Assembly: GCA_964653575.1 (NCBI GenBank)
Contig: CAZZFP010000004.1
Location: 1 to 61,993 of the forward strand
Direction of reading: 5' to 3'
DNA from: an uncultured Lachnospiraceae bacterium
Lineage (GTDB): Bacteria > Bacillota > Clostridia > Oscillospirales > CAG-272
DNA: 61,993 bases
This document shows, in pieces, positions 11,520-23,586 of this stretch. The notes beneath the pieces are model-generated. The model ran no database searches and was not told the origin of the DNA. It saw only the letters and a list, made by a program, of their open reading frames with translations. The translations under genes were made by a program, and so were the position numbers. Numbering within the stretch: the first letter of the stretch is position 1; each line of letters starts with the position of its first letter.

Positions 11520-11556
11520 GGCTCGTTCTCTTAAATATTGAGAACGAGCCGTTTTT
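11520..11556 (+). terminator. Rho-independent terminator
   Basis: GGCTCGTTCTC-N9-GAGAACGAGCC then GTTTTT. Confidence 0.85.
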
Positions 11557-11634
11557 AATCTTGAATGTTAGCAAGCAAATCTCTAAAATGCTTGCATTAA
11601 CAAATTAAATAACAAAAATTCATAAAATATCCTA

Positions 11635-11663
11635 TTGACAAAGCTTATTGAGCGTGATATACT
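11635..11663 (+). promoter_or_regulatory. sigmaA promoter of the dnaK operon
   Basis: TTGACA-N17-TATACT with TG extension. Confidence 0.8.
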
Positions 11664-11670
11664 ATCGGTG

Positions 11671-11697
11671 TTAGCAAAGGAATACTGAGAGTGCTAA
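11671..11697 (+). promoter_or_regulatory. CIRCE operator (HrcA site)
   Basis: TTAGCAAAG-N9-GAGTGCTAA versus consensus TTAGCACTC-N9-GAGTGCTAA, just downstream of the -10. Confidence 0.85.
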
Positions 11698-11725
11698 AAA
11701 ATCGGACAAAATTAAATCGATTTTG

Positions 11726-11752
11726 CTTGCACTTTTGAAATCCGAGTGACAA
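11726..11752 (+). promoter_or_regulatory. Second, degenerate CIRCE-like site
   Basis: CTTGCACTT-N9-GAGTGACAA. Confidence 0.55.
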
Positions 11753-11810
11753 ATCCGAACGATGATCTCGAAAGCTTGCGATCATTATTCAAATAAGGAG
11801 GTTGCATATA

Positions 11811-12881
11811 GTGATTGACGGACTCAGCGAAAGAAAAAAGCAGATACTCAAAGCGATAGTAGAGGCGCACATCGAACTTGGCGAGCCTGTCGGATCCAAG
11901 ACTCTTCTCGGAAGCGGTCAGCTTTCCTGCTCATCGGCTACGATTCGAAACGAGATGGCTGAGCTTGAAGAGATGGGATACCTTGAGCAGCCGCATACTT
12001 CGGCGGGACGTGTACCTTCCGAGCTCGGATACAGATTCTACGTCGATACGCTTGCGGAGCATTATTCAATGACCGCGAAAGAAATAACCGAGATAAACAA
12101 ATTGCTTCGTTCCAAAGTTGCCGAGCTTGATCAGATGCTTTATGCGGCATCAAAGCTTGCGTCGGCAATGACCAATTGTACGGGAATCGCTATCAAGCCG
12201 AAGCGAATGACGGTATCGATACAGAGGTACGAGCCGGTATTTATCGACAAAAACAATTTTATTCTCGTTATGATAGTATCGGCGGGCGTTGTCAAGACAA
12301 AATATATAAATGTTGAAAGCGATCTTGACAAGGACACGGTCGAGAGACTCGGAGAGGCTTTGAATTCGCACTTAACGGGGCTGTGTGCCAATGAGATAAC
12401 CATACAGAAGATAATTGAGCTTGAGAACGCTATGGCGGGCTCATATCCCGAGCTTATAAATTCCGTAACAAAGACGATCTATGCAACTATGAATGAGCTT
12501 GACGGCGGCGAGCTGAAGTTCAGCGGAGTAAACAGGCTTTTGCAATATCCCGAATATTCGGATCCCGAAAAGCTCAGTGATATTCTTGGAGTGATAGAAA
12601 GCAAAGAAGAGCTGCTTGATATGCTGTCCGAAAACGCGGATGATGATGTAAACGTGTTGATAGGCTCTGAATGTTCGGTCGAGGTTATGGATCAGTCGTC
12701 CATAATTTATAAGCCCATAAAAGTAAACGGAAACGTTGTAGGCGCGATCGGAATAATCGGTCCGAAACGAATGGATTACTCAAAAGCCGTTGCTACGATC
12801 GAGAGCCTTGGCGAAAATATACACGATATAATAGATGATAATAAAAATCTACTGAACGGAGGAAATAAGGAAAGTGATTGA
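11811..12881 (+). CDS. hrcA: Heat-inducible transcription repressor HrcA
   Basis: EPVGSK, SSATIRNEMAELEEMGYLEQPHTSAGRVPS, IGPKRMDY. GTG at 11811 lies 9 nt after AGGAGG. Confidence 0.97.
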   Translation: MIDGLSERKKQILKAIVEAHIELGEPVGSKTLLGSGQLSCSSATIRNEMAELEEMGYLEQPHTSAGRVPSELGYRFYVDTLAEHYSMTAKEITEINKLLRSKVAELDQMLYAASKLASAMTNCTGIAIKPKRMTVSIQRYEPVFIDKNNFILVMIVSAGVVKTKYINVESDLDKDTVERLGEALNSHLTGLCANEITIQKIIELENAMAGSYPELINSVTKTIYATMNELDGGELKFSGVNRLLQYPEYSDPEKLSDILGVIESKEELLDMLSENADDDVNVLIGSECSVEVMDQSSIIYKPIKVNGNVVGAIGIIGPKRMDYSKAVATIESLGENIHDIIDDNKNLLNGGNKESD

Positions 12882-13464
12882 GTTCAACAACACGGATGAG
12901 CTGTATGATAATGAGATCAATGGAGATGATGCGTCGGTTGCAGACGAGCAAACGGAAGGATGCGAGACCGAGGCTGTAAAAGATAAGAAAAAATCAAAGA
13001 AGGAATCCAAAGAGCTTGAAGGGGTGAGATCGGAAATAGAAAAATTAAATCGACAGCTTGAAGAGCTCAACGACAAATATCTTCGCGTTATCGCCGAATA
13101 TGATAATTACAGAAGAAGAACGTCGAAGGAAAAAGAAGGACTTTATTCGGATACGGTATGCGATGTTGTAAAGACTCTGCTTCCGATAGCGGACGATCTC
13201 GAGCGCGCAGCAGGCTTCGACAAAAACGCGGAAAACGCGGACGGTATCACGATGATACTGAAAAAGTTTCTTGAACTTTTGGCAAGTCTCGGAGTCACCG
13301 AGATAGAAGCACTTAATAAGACGTTTGACCCGAATTACCACAACGCGATAATGCACATCGATGATGAAAAATACGGCGAAAACGAAATATATTGCGTAGT
13401 TCAAAAAGGATACATCAGAGATGATAAAGTGATCAGACACGCTATGGTAATGGTAGCTAACTGA
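12874..13464 (+). CDS. grpE: Nucleotide exchange factor GrpE
   Basis: AEYDNYRRR, FDPNYHNA, QKGY...KVIRHAMV.VAN; operon position. Confidence 0.97.
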   Translation: MIEFNNTDELYDNEINGDDASVADEQTEGCETEAVKDKKKSKKESKELEGVRSEIEKLNRQLEELNDKYLRVIAEYDNYRRRTSKEKEGLYSDTVCDVVKTLLPIADDLERAAGFDKNAENADGITMILKKFLELLASLGVTEIEALNKTFDPNYHNAIMHIDDEKYGENEIYCVVQKGYIRDDKVIRHAMVMVAN

Positions 13465-13492
13465 CGATCGTAACACGGTTTATTTTAAATAA

Positions 13493-15358
<1,866 letters not shown>

Positions 15359-15374
15359 TAATACCTGAAATTCA

Positions 15375-15405
15375 GGGGGCTGTTACACAGTTTTTGACAG
15401 CCCCC
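15375..15405 (+). terminator. Palindromic hairpin/terminator, same family
   Basis: GGGGGCTGTTA-CACAGTTTT-TGACAGCCCCC inside TTCA...TGAA, between dnaK and dnaJ. Confidence 0.7.
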
Positions 15406-15565
15406 TTGAACTCTTACTTAGTACAAATTATCAGTCTGCCGCATATGCGGCGCGGAGATCCGCGTGAAAGTTAAGATCTATCATCTGCTTTGCGTGAGAT
15501 CTGCCACAACGGGTAAATTTCAAAGGATATTTATACCGCCGCATAGAGGCGGAATGGAGATTATT

Positions 15566-16717
15566 ATGGCAGAAAAACGTGATTATTATGAAGTGCTCGG
15601 TGTTGACAAGAAGGCAGACGCAGACACTATAAAAAAGGCTTACCGTTCACTTGCAAAAAAATATCACCCCGATATGAATCCGGGAGACGCCGAGGCTGAA
15701 AAGAACTTTAAAGACGTCAACGAGGCGTACGAGATCCTTTCCGACCCCGACAAAAAAGCCAAATACGATGCGTACGGTCATGCCGCATTTGATCCTTCGA
15801 TGGGCGGAGGAGGAGCGTATTCCGGAGGCTTTTCGGATTTTGGAGATCTCGGAGATATATTCGGAAACATATTCGGTGGATTTGGCGGTTTTGGCGGCTC
15901 GAGCGGTCAGGCGCGCAGAAATCCCAATAAAAGAGGAGACGATGTCGGCGTAAGCGTAACGCTTACCTTTGAAGAGGCGGCGTTCGGATGCAAGAAGGAC
16001 GTTAAATATCAAAGAGTGCAAAAGTGTTCAAAGTGCTCCGGCTCCGGAACTTCCGACGGCTCCCAACCCACAACTTGCCCCGAGTGTCACGGAAGCGGTC
16101 AGAAGCGCGTTGTAAATAATTTTGGCGGAATTCAGTTCCAGCAGAGCGTTGTTTGTGACAAGTGCCGCGGAACGGGTAAGATCATAAACAATCCTTGCTC
16201 ATCCTGCAAGGGAACAGGGTACATTCGCTCCACGGTTACCGAGAGCGTGAATATTCCCGCGGGAAGCAACGACGGCGGAAGATTTATTTTGCGTGGCAAA
16301 GGCGACAGCGGACGCGGATCGGGGCAGTCGGGTGATCTTATAATAGAGATAAGAGTGCGCTCGCACAATATGTTTAAGCGTAGCGGAAACAACCTTTACT
16401 GTGATATACCGATAACAGTGACCCAGGCGATCCTCGGTGCCGAAATAGATGTTCCTTTGCTTGAGGGTGGGACGATAAAATACACTATTCCCGAGGGAAC
16501 ACAGCCCGGAACCTCATTTACGGTAAAGGATAAAGGCATACCTTTCGTCAATACTCCGTCAAAGCGCGGTAATCTTGTGTTTACGGTCAACGTAGAGATA
16601 CCGAGAGGGCTTTCGGAGAAGCAAAAGAATATCGTGCGTGAATTTGACAGTACGGCAACCAATTCGAATTACAGCAAAAAATCCGGATTCTTCAAAAGGA
16701 TCTTCGGAGACAAATGA
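15566..16717 (+). CDS. dnaJ: Chaperone DnaJ
   Basis: [15 protein letters not shown] motif, G/F-rich region, four CxxCxGxG repeats; ATG at 15566 after GGAG. Confidence 0.98.
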   Translation: MAEKRDYYEVLGVDKKADADTIKKAYRSLAKKYHPDMNPGDAEAEKNFKDVNEAYEILSDPDKKAKYDAYGHAAFDPSMGGGGAYSGGFSDFGDLGDIFGNIFGGFGGFGGSSGQARRNPNKRGDDVGVSVTLTFEEAAFGCKKDVKYQRVQKCSKCSGSGTSDGSQPTTCPECHGSGQKRVVNNFGGIQFQQSVVCDKCRGTGKIINNPCSSCKGTGYIRSTVTESVNIPAGSNDGGRFILRGKGDSGRGSGQSGDLIIEIRVRSHNMFKRSGNNLYCDIPITVTQAILGAEIDVPLLEGGTIKYTIPEGTQPGTSFTVKDKGIPFVNTPSKRGNLVFTVNVEIPRGLSEKQKNIVREFDSTATNSNYSKKSGFFKRIFGDK

Positions 16718-16745
16718 AATCAAATTTAAATAAAGGAAGATCAAA

Positions 16746-17678
16746 ATGACTGAAGAATACAAAGCTTGGACGCAGATAAAAGTAACGGTAAAGACGGAGC
16801 TTTACGATACTATTACCTCAATTATGAGTATGATAGATACCAACCTTATGATCGAAGATTATAGCGATGTAAGCCTTGATACCTGTTACGGAGATCTCAT
16901 AGAAGACAGTATCCTCAACGCGGATAAAAGCATTATCGCAGTTTCGGTATATCTGCCCGCAGAAGCCCCCTTCACGGATGCCGTTGCTTTCATTAAAGAC
17001 AGGCTGACTGCCGAGGGCATTGACGGTAAGATAGAAGTCATAGGCGTAAATGAAGAAGATTGGGCAAATTCTTGGAAGGAATACTATAAGCCGACAAAGA
17101 TAGGTAAGCATATGATGGTCGTTCCCGCCTGGGAAGAGTATACGCCTCTCCCGGATGACGTGGTGGTAAGAATGGATCCGGGTATGGCTTTCGGTACGGG
17201 TACACACGAGACGACACGGCTCGTCATAGAATTGCTTGAAAAGTATGTCAAAAAGGGTATGAGGGTGCTTGACGTCGGATGCGGAAGCGGCATACTTGCT
17301 ATATTCGCATCAAAGCTCGGCGCCAAGGAATGTGCCGCATATGACATCGATCCTGTCGCAGTCAGAGTAGCTCGTGAAAATATTGAAAAGAGCGGACAAA
17401 CCAACATAACCTGCGATCAATCGGATCTATTGAAGCAGGTTGATCTCAGCGGTGGCAAATACGACATCGTTTGCGCGAATATCGTTGCCGATATAGTTAT
17501 CAGGCTTTCATCCGATATTGAAAGATATATGAATGACGACGCGGTTATTCTTGCCTCGGGTATAATAGTCGAGAGGCAGGATGACGTTGTAACGGCACTT
17601 GATGCAAATGGCTTTGAAGTCGTTGAGGAGATAGTAGATAACGGATGGTGCGCTATCGTTTTTAAAAAGAAAAAATGA
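16746..17678 (+). CDS. prmA: Ribosomal protein L11 methyltransferase
   Basis: EEDWANSWK, DPGMAFGTGTHETT, LDVGCGSGIL; after dnaJ. Confidence 0.97.
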   Translation: MTEEYKAWTQIKVTVKTELYDTITSIMSMIDTNLMIEDYSDVSLDTCYGDLIEDSILNADKSIIAVSVYLPAEAPFTDAVAFIKDRLTAEGIDGKIEVIGVNEEDWANSWKEYYKPTKIGKHMMVVPAWEEYTPLPDDVVVRMDPGMAFGTGTHETTRLVIELLEKYVKKGMRVLDVGCGSGILAIFASKLGAKECAAYDIDPVAVRVARENIEKSGQTNITCDQSDLLKQVDLSGGKYDIVCANIVADIVIRLSSDIERYMNDDAVILASGIIVERQDDVVTALDANGFEVVEEIVDNGWCAIVFKKKK

Positions 17679-17714
17679 TCAAATAAGACGCTCCCGAAAA
17701 TGGAAGCGTTGCGA

Positions 17715-17820
17715 AATAATAAAATACCGCTCGGCAAGAGTGGCAGTAACGTACGAATTTGCGAGAGCAGATTTGTACCCGTTACCGTTTTTAGGATTGC
17801 CGGGCGGTATTTTGTTTATT
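17715..17820 (+). other. Long imperfect RNA hairpin with GAGA tetraloop between convergent genes
   Basis: Outer AAAATACCGCTCGGCAA/TTGCCGGGCGGTATTTT; inner GTAAC-GTACGAATTTGC-GAGA-GCAGATTTGTAC-CC-GTTAC. Confidence 0.6.
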
Positions 17821-17838
17821 GTCTAAAAAATTATCCGA

Positions 17839-18327
17839 TCATTTGATGTATATCCACAGCGCATAAACGGCATATACGACCGACAGTACTATAAGTGTGA
17901 TGCCGGCGTAAAAGATTATGCTTCCGGGACCTACGAGTATAAGTACAAGACCGAGGATCAGGGATCCGAGATCGGCTGAAAGCTGAAGCTTTTTGTCGGG
18001 AGCGATGATGATCCTGTATATCGGAAGCGCAAGCAAATAAATACCTACAAGTATCATAAAAATGCCTTCGTGCCAGAACATCATAACAAATCCTGCGGCT
18101 ATCGATATAGCTGAGAGAATGAAAACAACGAGTGCTTGCTTGTCCTTTATGTTTGCAAGCGAAGAAATGAACACCGACAGATGGTCTATGATGACAAATA
18201 AGCCGAGAATTATAAACGCAAAATCGAGAAGCTTAGGACCTAAGATAGCGATTATGATTCCGATAACGAGACCTATCGAGGCTATTATCATTGAAGAAAT
18301 GAAGGAATTCTTTTTACTGTTAGACAT
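17839..18327 (-). CDS. Polytopic membrane protein (HdeD/DUF308-like)
   Basis: About six short hydrophobic helices with G..L..G patterns; RBS AAGGAG. Confidence 0.65.
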   Translation of the reverse strand: MSNSKKNSFISSMIIASIGLVIGIIIAILGPKLLDFAFIILGLFVIIDHLSVFISSLANIKDKQALVVFILSAISIAAGFVMMFWHEGIFMILVGIYLLALPIYRIIIAPDKKLQLSADLGSLILGLVLILVGPGSIIFYAGITLIVLSVVYAVYALWIYIK

Positions 18328-18359
18328 ATTGTATCTCCTTTATAATGTAATTTATAGAT

Positions 18360-19481
18360 CTACTCATTTTTATTTTCATCGGTTTTGATACCGTCGAATA
18401 AACCGAGCTGCGTGCTGCTTGTATTCGTCACCGAATATTGCTGTGATCGTCTTTCGGGGGCTTTCATACCGAGATGCTCATAGCCTTGACGGGTAACGCA
18501 CCTACCTCGAGGAGTTCTGCTCAGGAAGCCTATCTGAAGCAGATAAGGCTCGTATACGTCCTCAAGCGTTATAGCCTCTTCACCGATCGTGGCAGCAAGC
18601 GTTTCAAGGCCTACGGGACCGCCGTCATAGTATTTTATTATCGTTTCCATCATACGTCGGTCGGTCGTATCGAGTCCGAGCGCGTCTATCTCAAGCTTTG
18701 AGAGGGCATAGTCGGCGATCTCGCGGTCGATAGTACCGCTGCCTTGAACCTGCGCAAAATCTCTGACGCGCTTTAAAAGTCTGTTTGCTATACGCGGGGT
18801 CCCTCGCGAACGTGAGGCTATTTCATTTGCTCCGTCATCCGTGATCGGATAATTGAGAATTTGAGCGTTTCTTTTCATTATGGTAGCAAGCTCATCGTTT
18901 GTGTAAAGCTCGAGCTTAAACAAAACTCCGAATCTGTCGCGCAACGGAGTTGTAAGCTGACCGGCTCTCGTAGTAGCACCTATCAGTGTAAACTTCGGAA
19001 GATCTATTCGGATGCTTCTTGCCGACGGCCCCTTTCCGACTATAATATCGAGAGCAAAGTCCTCCATAGCGGGGTAAAGGATCTCCTCTACCGTTTTGGA
19101 AAGACGGTGTATCTCGTCTATAAACAGTACATCGCCCTCGCCCAAATTGGTCAGAAGTGCCGCAAGGTCTCCTTGGCGTTCGATAGCGGGTCCCGAGGTT
19201 ATACGTATATTAACACCAAGCTCTGCGGCTATGATGTTGGATAATGTGGTTTTACCGAGTCCGGGAGGGCCGTAAAGCAGTACGTGATCGAGCGTGTCTC
19301 CGCGCTTTAGTGCCGCTTCGATGTAGATTCTCAGATTTTCCTTGACCTTTTCCTGTCCTATATAGTCATCGAGCCTTCTCGGTCGAAGCGAGCTTTCGGT
19401 CTCGGAGTCCGATGGGGAATAGGTCGAGCTGACTATTCGATTTTCATAATCGGTCTCGTTAAAATCAAAATTGTCGATCAT
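18360..19481 (-). CDS. ruvB: Holliday junction helicase RuvB
   Basis: [42 protein letters not shown]. Confidence 0.99.
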   Translation of the reverse strand: MIDNFDFNETDYENRIVSSTYSPSDSETESSLRPRRLDDYIGQEKVKENLRIYIEAALKRGDTLDHVLLYGPPGLGKTTLSNIIAAELGVNIRITSGPAIERQGDLAALLTNLGEGDVLFIDEIHRLSKTVEEILYPAMEDFALDIIVGKGPSARSIRIDLPKFTLIGATTRAGQLTTPLRDRFGVLFKLELYTNDELATIMKRNAQILNYPITDDGANEIASRSRGTPRIANRLLKRVRDFAQVQGSGTIDREIADYALSKLEIDALGLDTTDRRMMETIIKYYDGGPVGLETLAATIGEEAITLEDVYEPYLLQIGFLSRTPRGRCVTRQGYEHLGMKAPERRSQQYSVTNTSSTQLGLFDGIKTDENKNE

Positions 19482-19520
19482 AGCAGTTTGATATACCTTT
19501 CCGATAGAATTTTCTAAATC

Positions 19521-20162
19521 TTATATGCGCATAAGATTTTTGAGCGCCGCCTTTATGATGCCTTCGAGATCAAGTCCTGTAACATCAATATTTTTGAGAG
19601 CGGAGGATGCCTCGGATCTTGAATATCCGAGTACCATAAGCGCGTCTTGTGCCTCTGCAAGTTTGCCCTTGTTGCCGGGCACACCGACCGTGACAGCCCC
19701 GTCCGCAGTATCGAATAGATCGCTTTGGGGAAGAGTATCCATTTGCTTTTGCAACTTGTCGTGAAGCTCAAGTACTATTCTGGCTGCTGTCTTGGCACCG
19801 ACTCCGCTTGCCTTCGATATGGCTTTGGTGTCATTCGTGCAAGCCGCCAGCGCAAATTTTTCGGGGGTGAGGATGGAAAGGATCGACATAGCCGCTTTGG
19901 GACCCACGCCCGAAACAGAGATGAGCATTCTGAAGGTTGAGAGCTCGGTCTCGGTGGCAAATCCAAATAGCTCGACGTCATCCTCGCGAACCGCCAGGTG
20001 AGTGTAGAGCTTTACCTCGGGCTCGCTTCCTTCCGATAGCTTTTTGCCGAGTGCCTCGTGCGAGGTCCCGCTTATTGTAAGTTTATATCCCACGCCCGCG
20101 CAGTCGATAACGGCAAAATTAACATCAAGCTTTGCGAGTGCACCTTTTAAATAGTAAAACAT
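19521..20162 (-). CDS. ruvA: Holliday junction branch migration protein RuvA
   Basis: GVGY, VREDD.ELFGF, SVSGVGPKAA, GVGAKTAARI, AL..LGY. Confidence 0.98.
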   Translation of the reverse strand: MFYYLKGALAKLDVNFAVIDCAGVGYKLTISGTSHEALGKKLSEGSEPEVKLYTHLAVREDDVELFGFATETELSTFRMLISVSGVGPKAAMSILSILTPEKFALAACTNDTKAISKASGVGAKTAARIVLELHDKLQKQMDTLPQSDLFDTADGAVTVGVPGNKGKLAEAQDALMVLGYSRSEASSALKNIDVTGLDLEGIIKAALKNLMRI

Positions 20163-20189
20163 TTTTATTTTCCTTTCAAAATGATCGAA

Positions 20190-23132
20190 TTACCGATCCT
20201 CGGAATTTTCGGCTTTCGAATTACTTTGTGAGGTATCGCTATCTTCCCGTGGCACGTCGGATGACGTCGGAATATCATCATTGCTCGTTGAATTTTCTTC
20301 GTCGGTATCGTGAAGAAGGGGAACAAATTCCGCATCCGCAAATTCGATATCGTTCTTGGATGCGCGACACTCAAACATCATTCCTACGACGGGTATAGAG
20401 CGAAGCTTCTTCTCGAATATGATCAAAAGGATAAACAGCATAAGAGATACGATAGATACGGTAAGACCGAGCACGTATGCCGTAGGTCGATAGGTAAGCT
20501 CAATGTAGTGTTCGCCTGCATCATCAATATCAAATGCTATCAAAGCGTCAAGAGATTTGTATATTTCGGCATCCTCGCCGTCTATCTTGAGATGCCAGCC
20601 TTCATCGTAAGGGATGGTGGTAAGCACCGTCTGATCATTATTGAGAGACGTAAATGTTCCGCAGATGTATGTCTCCGTATAGTTTTCGTCAACGATGAGC
20701 TGCATCTCGGCAAGCTTTGACATTGCCGATTCAAATACTTCTCTGTCTATATAGTACAGGCAATTCTGATTGCTTTTGATGAAAAGATTATTTGAACTGT
20801 TATTCAATGTCATCTTCAGATCAAGCGTAGAATTGGCTTCATAGGTGCCGACCGATACTATTCTCGTTGTTTCGTTTCCGTAGAACGTTCCCTTATCAGT
20901 TCCGTTTGCCAAAAGTTTGACTTCACGAGGATATACGCCGGGAAGATATAGGAAATATTCACCGCTGTAATCCGGAAGATCAAATTTATATGTCAAACTT
21001 GCCGCAGAACTCGTGTTTTCGGTTTCGTATTTGATATATCCTGCCACAGATGAGGTTTTTAAGTTGCTTTTTGATATGTCGGAAACTTTTACGGGTACGA
21101 ATACCTCTACCAGCTTGTCCTCTCCGAGCATGGCGGTAACAAGCGCGTTAAGCGCATCAAAAGGATTCATATATCCGCCGTCTGAAAGTGTCAGCGACTT
21201 TTCATCCTTGATCTCGTTCACATCCGCATCTACTCCGAATGCGATCGAAAGCGCATACGGGTTGAGATAAGCCGTGTATCCGTTAGCGGTATACGCCGCT
21301 TCGTAGTATTCCGAAAGGTCGTCTTTTGAAACAATGTATTTGAGTCCGAGTATAGAGTCGTTTACGGGAGTACCACCGAGGTATTTTGACCAGTGAGATT
21401 TTGAAGCGTAGCCCATAGCATTAAGAAATGCGATAGTCTCTTTGTTGAGCGTGGATGTCGAGCAGGAAAGCCCTCTCATATTTAACGCAAAGTTGTCGTT
21501 CGTCTTCTTAAAAGTGGTCTTCTCCATTCTGTAAAACGACGTATCGTTTTCCTGTACCATATTAACGACGGGACGAATTTCCGCAAAATAATTGTTGTAT
21601 TTGCTGTATCCCGAATATACTACATCCGAGTCAAGGGCATACATATTCAGAACACCGTTTGCAAAGGTCTCCATACATATGATAACGGTCATAATGATAG
21701 CTACATTATTTTTGAATTTTGTTTTGACTGTGACGCAAAGTACTATAAGATAGAGACCTATGCAAGCCGCAGAGAACCAAACCGTTTCAAAATCCTTTAC
21801 ATATTCGTATTCCTGTGCTTGGAGTATCATAACGATGACTCCGAGTATGCAGGAAGACATAAATACCGGTTTTGCACCGATATTTTTTATATCGCTGAAA
21901 GCTTTAGCCGCGATCACCAAAAGGAAGAAGCAGAACATAAAGCTGTAACGGTAGTTGAGCCAATTGGGACGCTGAAATCCGTGCCATATAAGATCAAGCG
22001 TGCTGAAAGAGAAGCTGACAAGGAAAAAGGTTATCATAGCACCCGCGGCTATCTTTTCGTGATTGTTGTACTTTTTGGAAATGAAGAACAATGGTGCGAG
22101 GATCAATGTGATGACTCCGCAATAAACAAACGGGAAGCCCTCGGGACGTACAGTGTCATATGATCCGGGCAGAAGCTTGCCGATAAATTCAAGAAAATCA
22201 AATCTGAGAGTCAGTTTCCAATTTGTTGTTGAAAAGGTGTTTTTGCCGAAGGTAAGAGAATAGTATGCTGTAAAGATGATCACGGCGGCAATTCCCGCGC
22301 CGAGCACCGAATACGCGCCTATCCTTAAGAGTGATTTCCAAAAATGATGCTTCTCTCCGTGAGGATTGTTCTCGGCATCGCGATTTTTGGCAACATAATA
22401 GTAGAAAAAGTACGCTGCCGTGTAGATGCACATCATATATCCGATATAGTAATTGCTTACAAGAACTAACGCCAGGAAGAATACGTACCCTTTGAATTTG
22501 CCGTGCTTTATGAGCTGCTCTATACAGTACGTAAGTATCGGTAGCCAGATAACTGCATCGATCCACATAGAGTTATGCTGTTGGACTACTGCATAGGACG
22601 TAAGCGCGTACAGTATGCTGAAGGCTACTGTCTGTACCTTACCGAGCTCCTTGACCGTCTTGTGAAGGTAAAAACCAAAAGTGATACCGAGCAGCGCGGT
22701 CTTGAGAAGAAATATGGTCAGAAGTGCTTCGAGAATTCGCGTTTGAGGGAAAAGACAAACTATATACGTGAACGGAGAGGCAACGTAATAGGCGAGTATT
22801 CCCATAAATTCGCCGCCGAGTGCACGTGAGAACGAATACAAAAGTGATGTGTCTCCATACACAAAATTTCTTATTGCCTCGTAAAAATAAACGTATTGAC
22901 CGTTGAGGTCAAGCACGAGTACGGATTCATCTCCGAAGGGATAGGTTCCGTGAGCGACGTAGATAAGATACATAATTACCGTCGGAATGAGTCCGGCGTA
23001 GAACAGATACCCGTATTCTCCGAAAAACGGCGTCAGTCTTTTGTTAAGCATCTTGAGATATTTTTTTAGTCCCTTGCTTTCATTTGCGTTGAGATCCTTA
23101 TCAAGTGTCCGGACCTTCTGGCTCTTGTACAT
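20190..23132 (-). CDS. YfhO family membrane protein (GT-C fold)
   Basis: DLNGQY, YY.ASPF, SNYYIGYM, W...RYSF, TIPYDEGW; many TM helices; acidic tail. Confidence 0.85.
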   Translation of the reverse strand: MYKSQKVRTLDKDLNANESKGLKKYLKMLNKRLTPFFGEYGYLFYAGLIPTVIMYLIYVAHGTYPFGDESVLVLDLNGQYVYFYEAIRNFVYGDTSLLYSFSRALGGEFMGILAYYVASPFTYIVCLFPQTRILEALLTIFLLKTALLGITFGFYLHKTVKELGKVQTVAFSILYALTSYAVVQQHNSMWIDAVIWLPILTYCIEQLIKHGKFKGYVFFLALVLVSNYYIGYMMCIYTAAYFFYYYVAKNRDAENNPHGEKHHFWKSLLRIGAYSVLGAGIAAVIIFTAYYSLTFGKNTFSTTNWKLTLRFDFLEFIGKLLPGSYDTVRPEGFPFVYCGVITLILAPLFFISKKYNNHEKIAAGAMITFFLVSFSFSTLDLIWHGFQRPNWLNYRYSFMFCFFLLVIAAKAFSDIKNIGAKPVFMSSCILGVIVMILQAQEYEYVKDFETVWFSAACIGLYLIVLCVTVKTKFKNNVAIIMTVIICMETFANGVLNMYALDSDVVYSGYSKYNNYFAEIRPVVNMVQENDTSFYRMEKTTFKKTNDNFALNMRGLSCSTSTLNKETIAFLNAMGYASKSHWSKYLGGTPVNDSILGLKYIVSKDDLSEYYEAAYTANGYTAYLNPYALSIAFGVDADVNEIKDEKSLTLSDGGYMNPFDALNALVTAMLGEDKLVEVFVPVKVSDISKSNLKTSSVAGYIKYETENTSSAASLTYKFDLPDYSGEYFLYLPGVYPREVKLLANGTDKGTFYGNETTRIVSVGTYEANSTLDLKMTLNNSSNNLFIKSNQNCLYYIDREVFESAMSKLAEMQLIVDENYTETYICGTFTSLNNDQTVLTTIPYDEGWHLKIDGEDAEIYKSLDALIAFDIDDAGEHYIELTYRPTAYVLGLTVSIVSLMLFILLIIFEKKLRSIPVVGMMFECRASKNDIEFADAEFVPLLHDTDEENSTSNDDIPTSSDVPREDSDTSQSNSKAENSEDR

Positions 23133-23182
23133 AAACAGATACTCCTTTTCTTTCTCTTCCTTTGCTTTTTTGCTTATTTATG

Positions 23183-23383
23183 TCAATTCTCCGATTTTTT
23201 GAATATTATCTTTTTTACCGCTTTTTCAAATTTAAGCCGATCGAAAAGCATATCACGTCCGCACCCTGTGCATCTGATTCTTACGTCACTCCCCACGCGC
23301 AGAATATCAAATGTTTTGCTTCCGCAGGGATGCGTTTTTTTCAGCTCAACTCGGTCTCCGACCGAGATTTTCAATATTTCCAT
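23183..23383 (-). CDS. DUF951 family small zinc-binding protein
   Basis: GD.V.LKKTHPCGS..F..LRVG.D.RI.C.GCGR signature. Confidence 0.85.
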   Translation of the reverse strand: MEILKISVGDRVELKKTHPCGSKTFDILRVGSDVRIRCTGCGRDMLFDRLKFEKAVKKIIFKKSEN

Positions 23384-23493
23384 ATGTGCAGCTCCGAAAA
23401 ACGATATTATATATAATTATATCACAAATACTTAATTTTGTAAATGCGGATTTGTGTGAAAATGCAGAGATTTACAAAAAAATAAAATAATAT

Positions 23494-23522
23494 TTGACAG
23501 TCACGCACTTTTATGGTATAAT
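23494..23522 (+). promoter_or_regulatory. sigmaA promoter for the ruvC operon
   Basis: TTGACA-N17-TATAAT with TG extension. Confidence 0.75.
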
Positions 23523-23586
23523 ATTATCTTGGTACAGTATCACCTTCCGGTACTTACGTATCGGGTACAATTGAACGGAGATTTAG

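Noticed and set aside
17715-17820. SRP RNA or 6S RNA identity for the long hairpin
   Set aside because: It lacks the SRP CAGG/GGAA/AGCAG domain IV motif and is too short for 6S. It is kept only as an unassigned structure.
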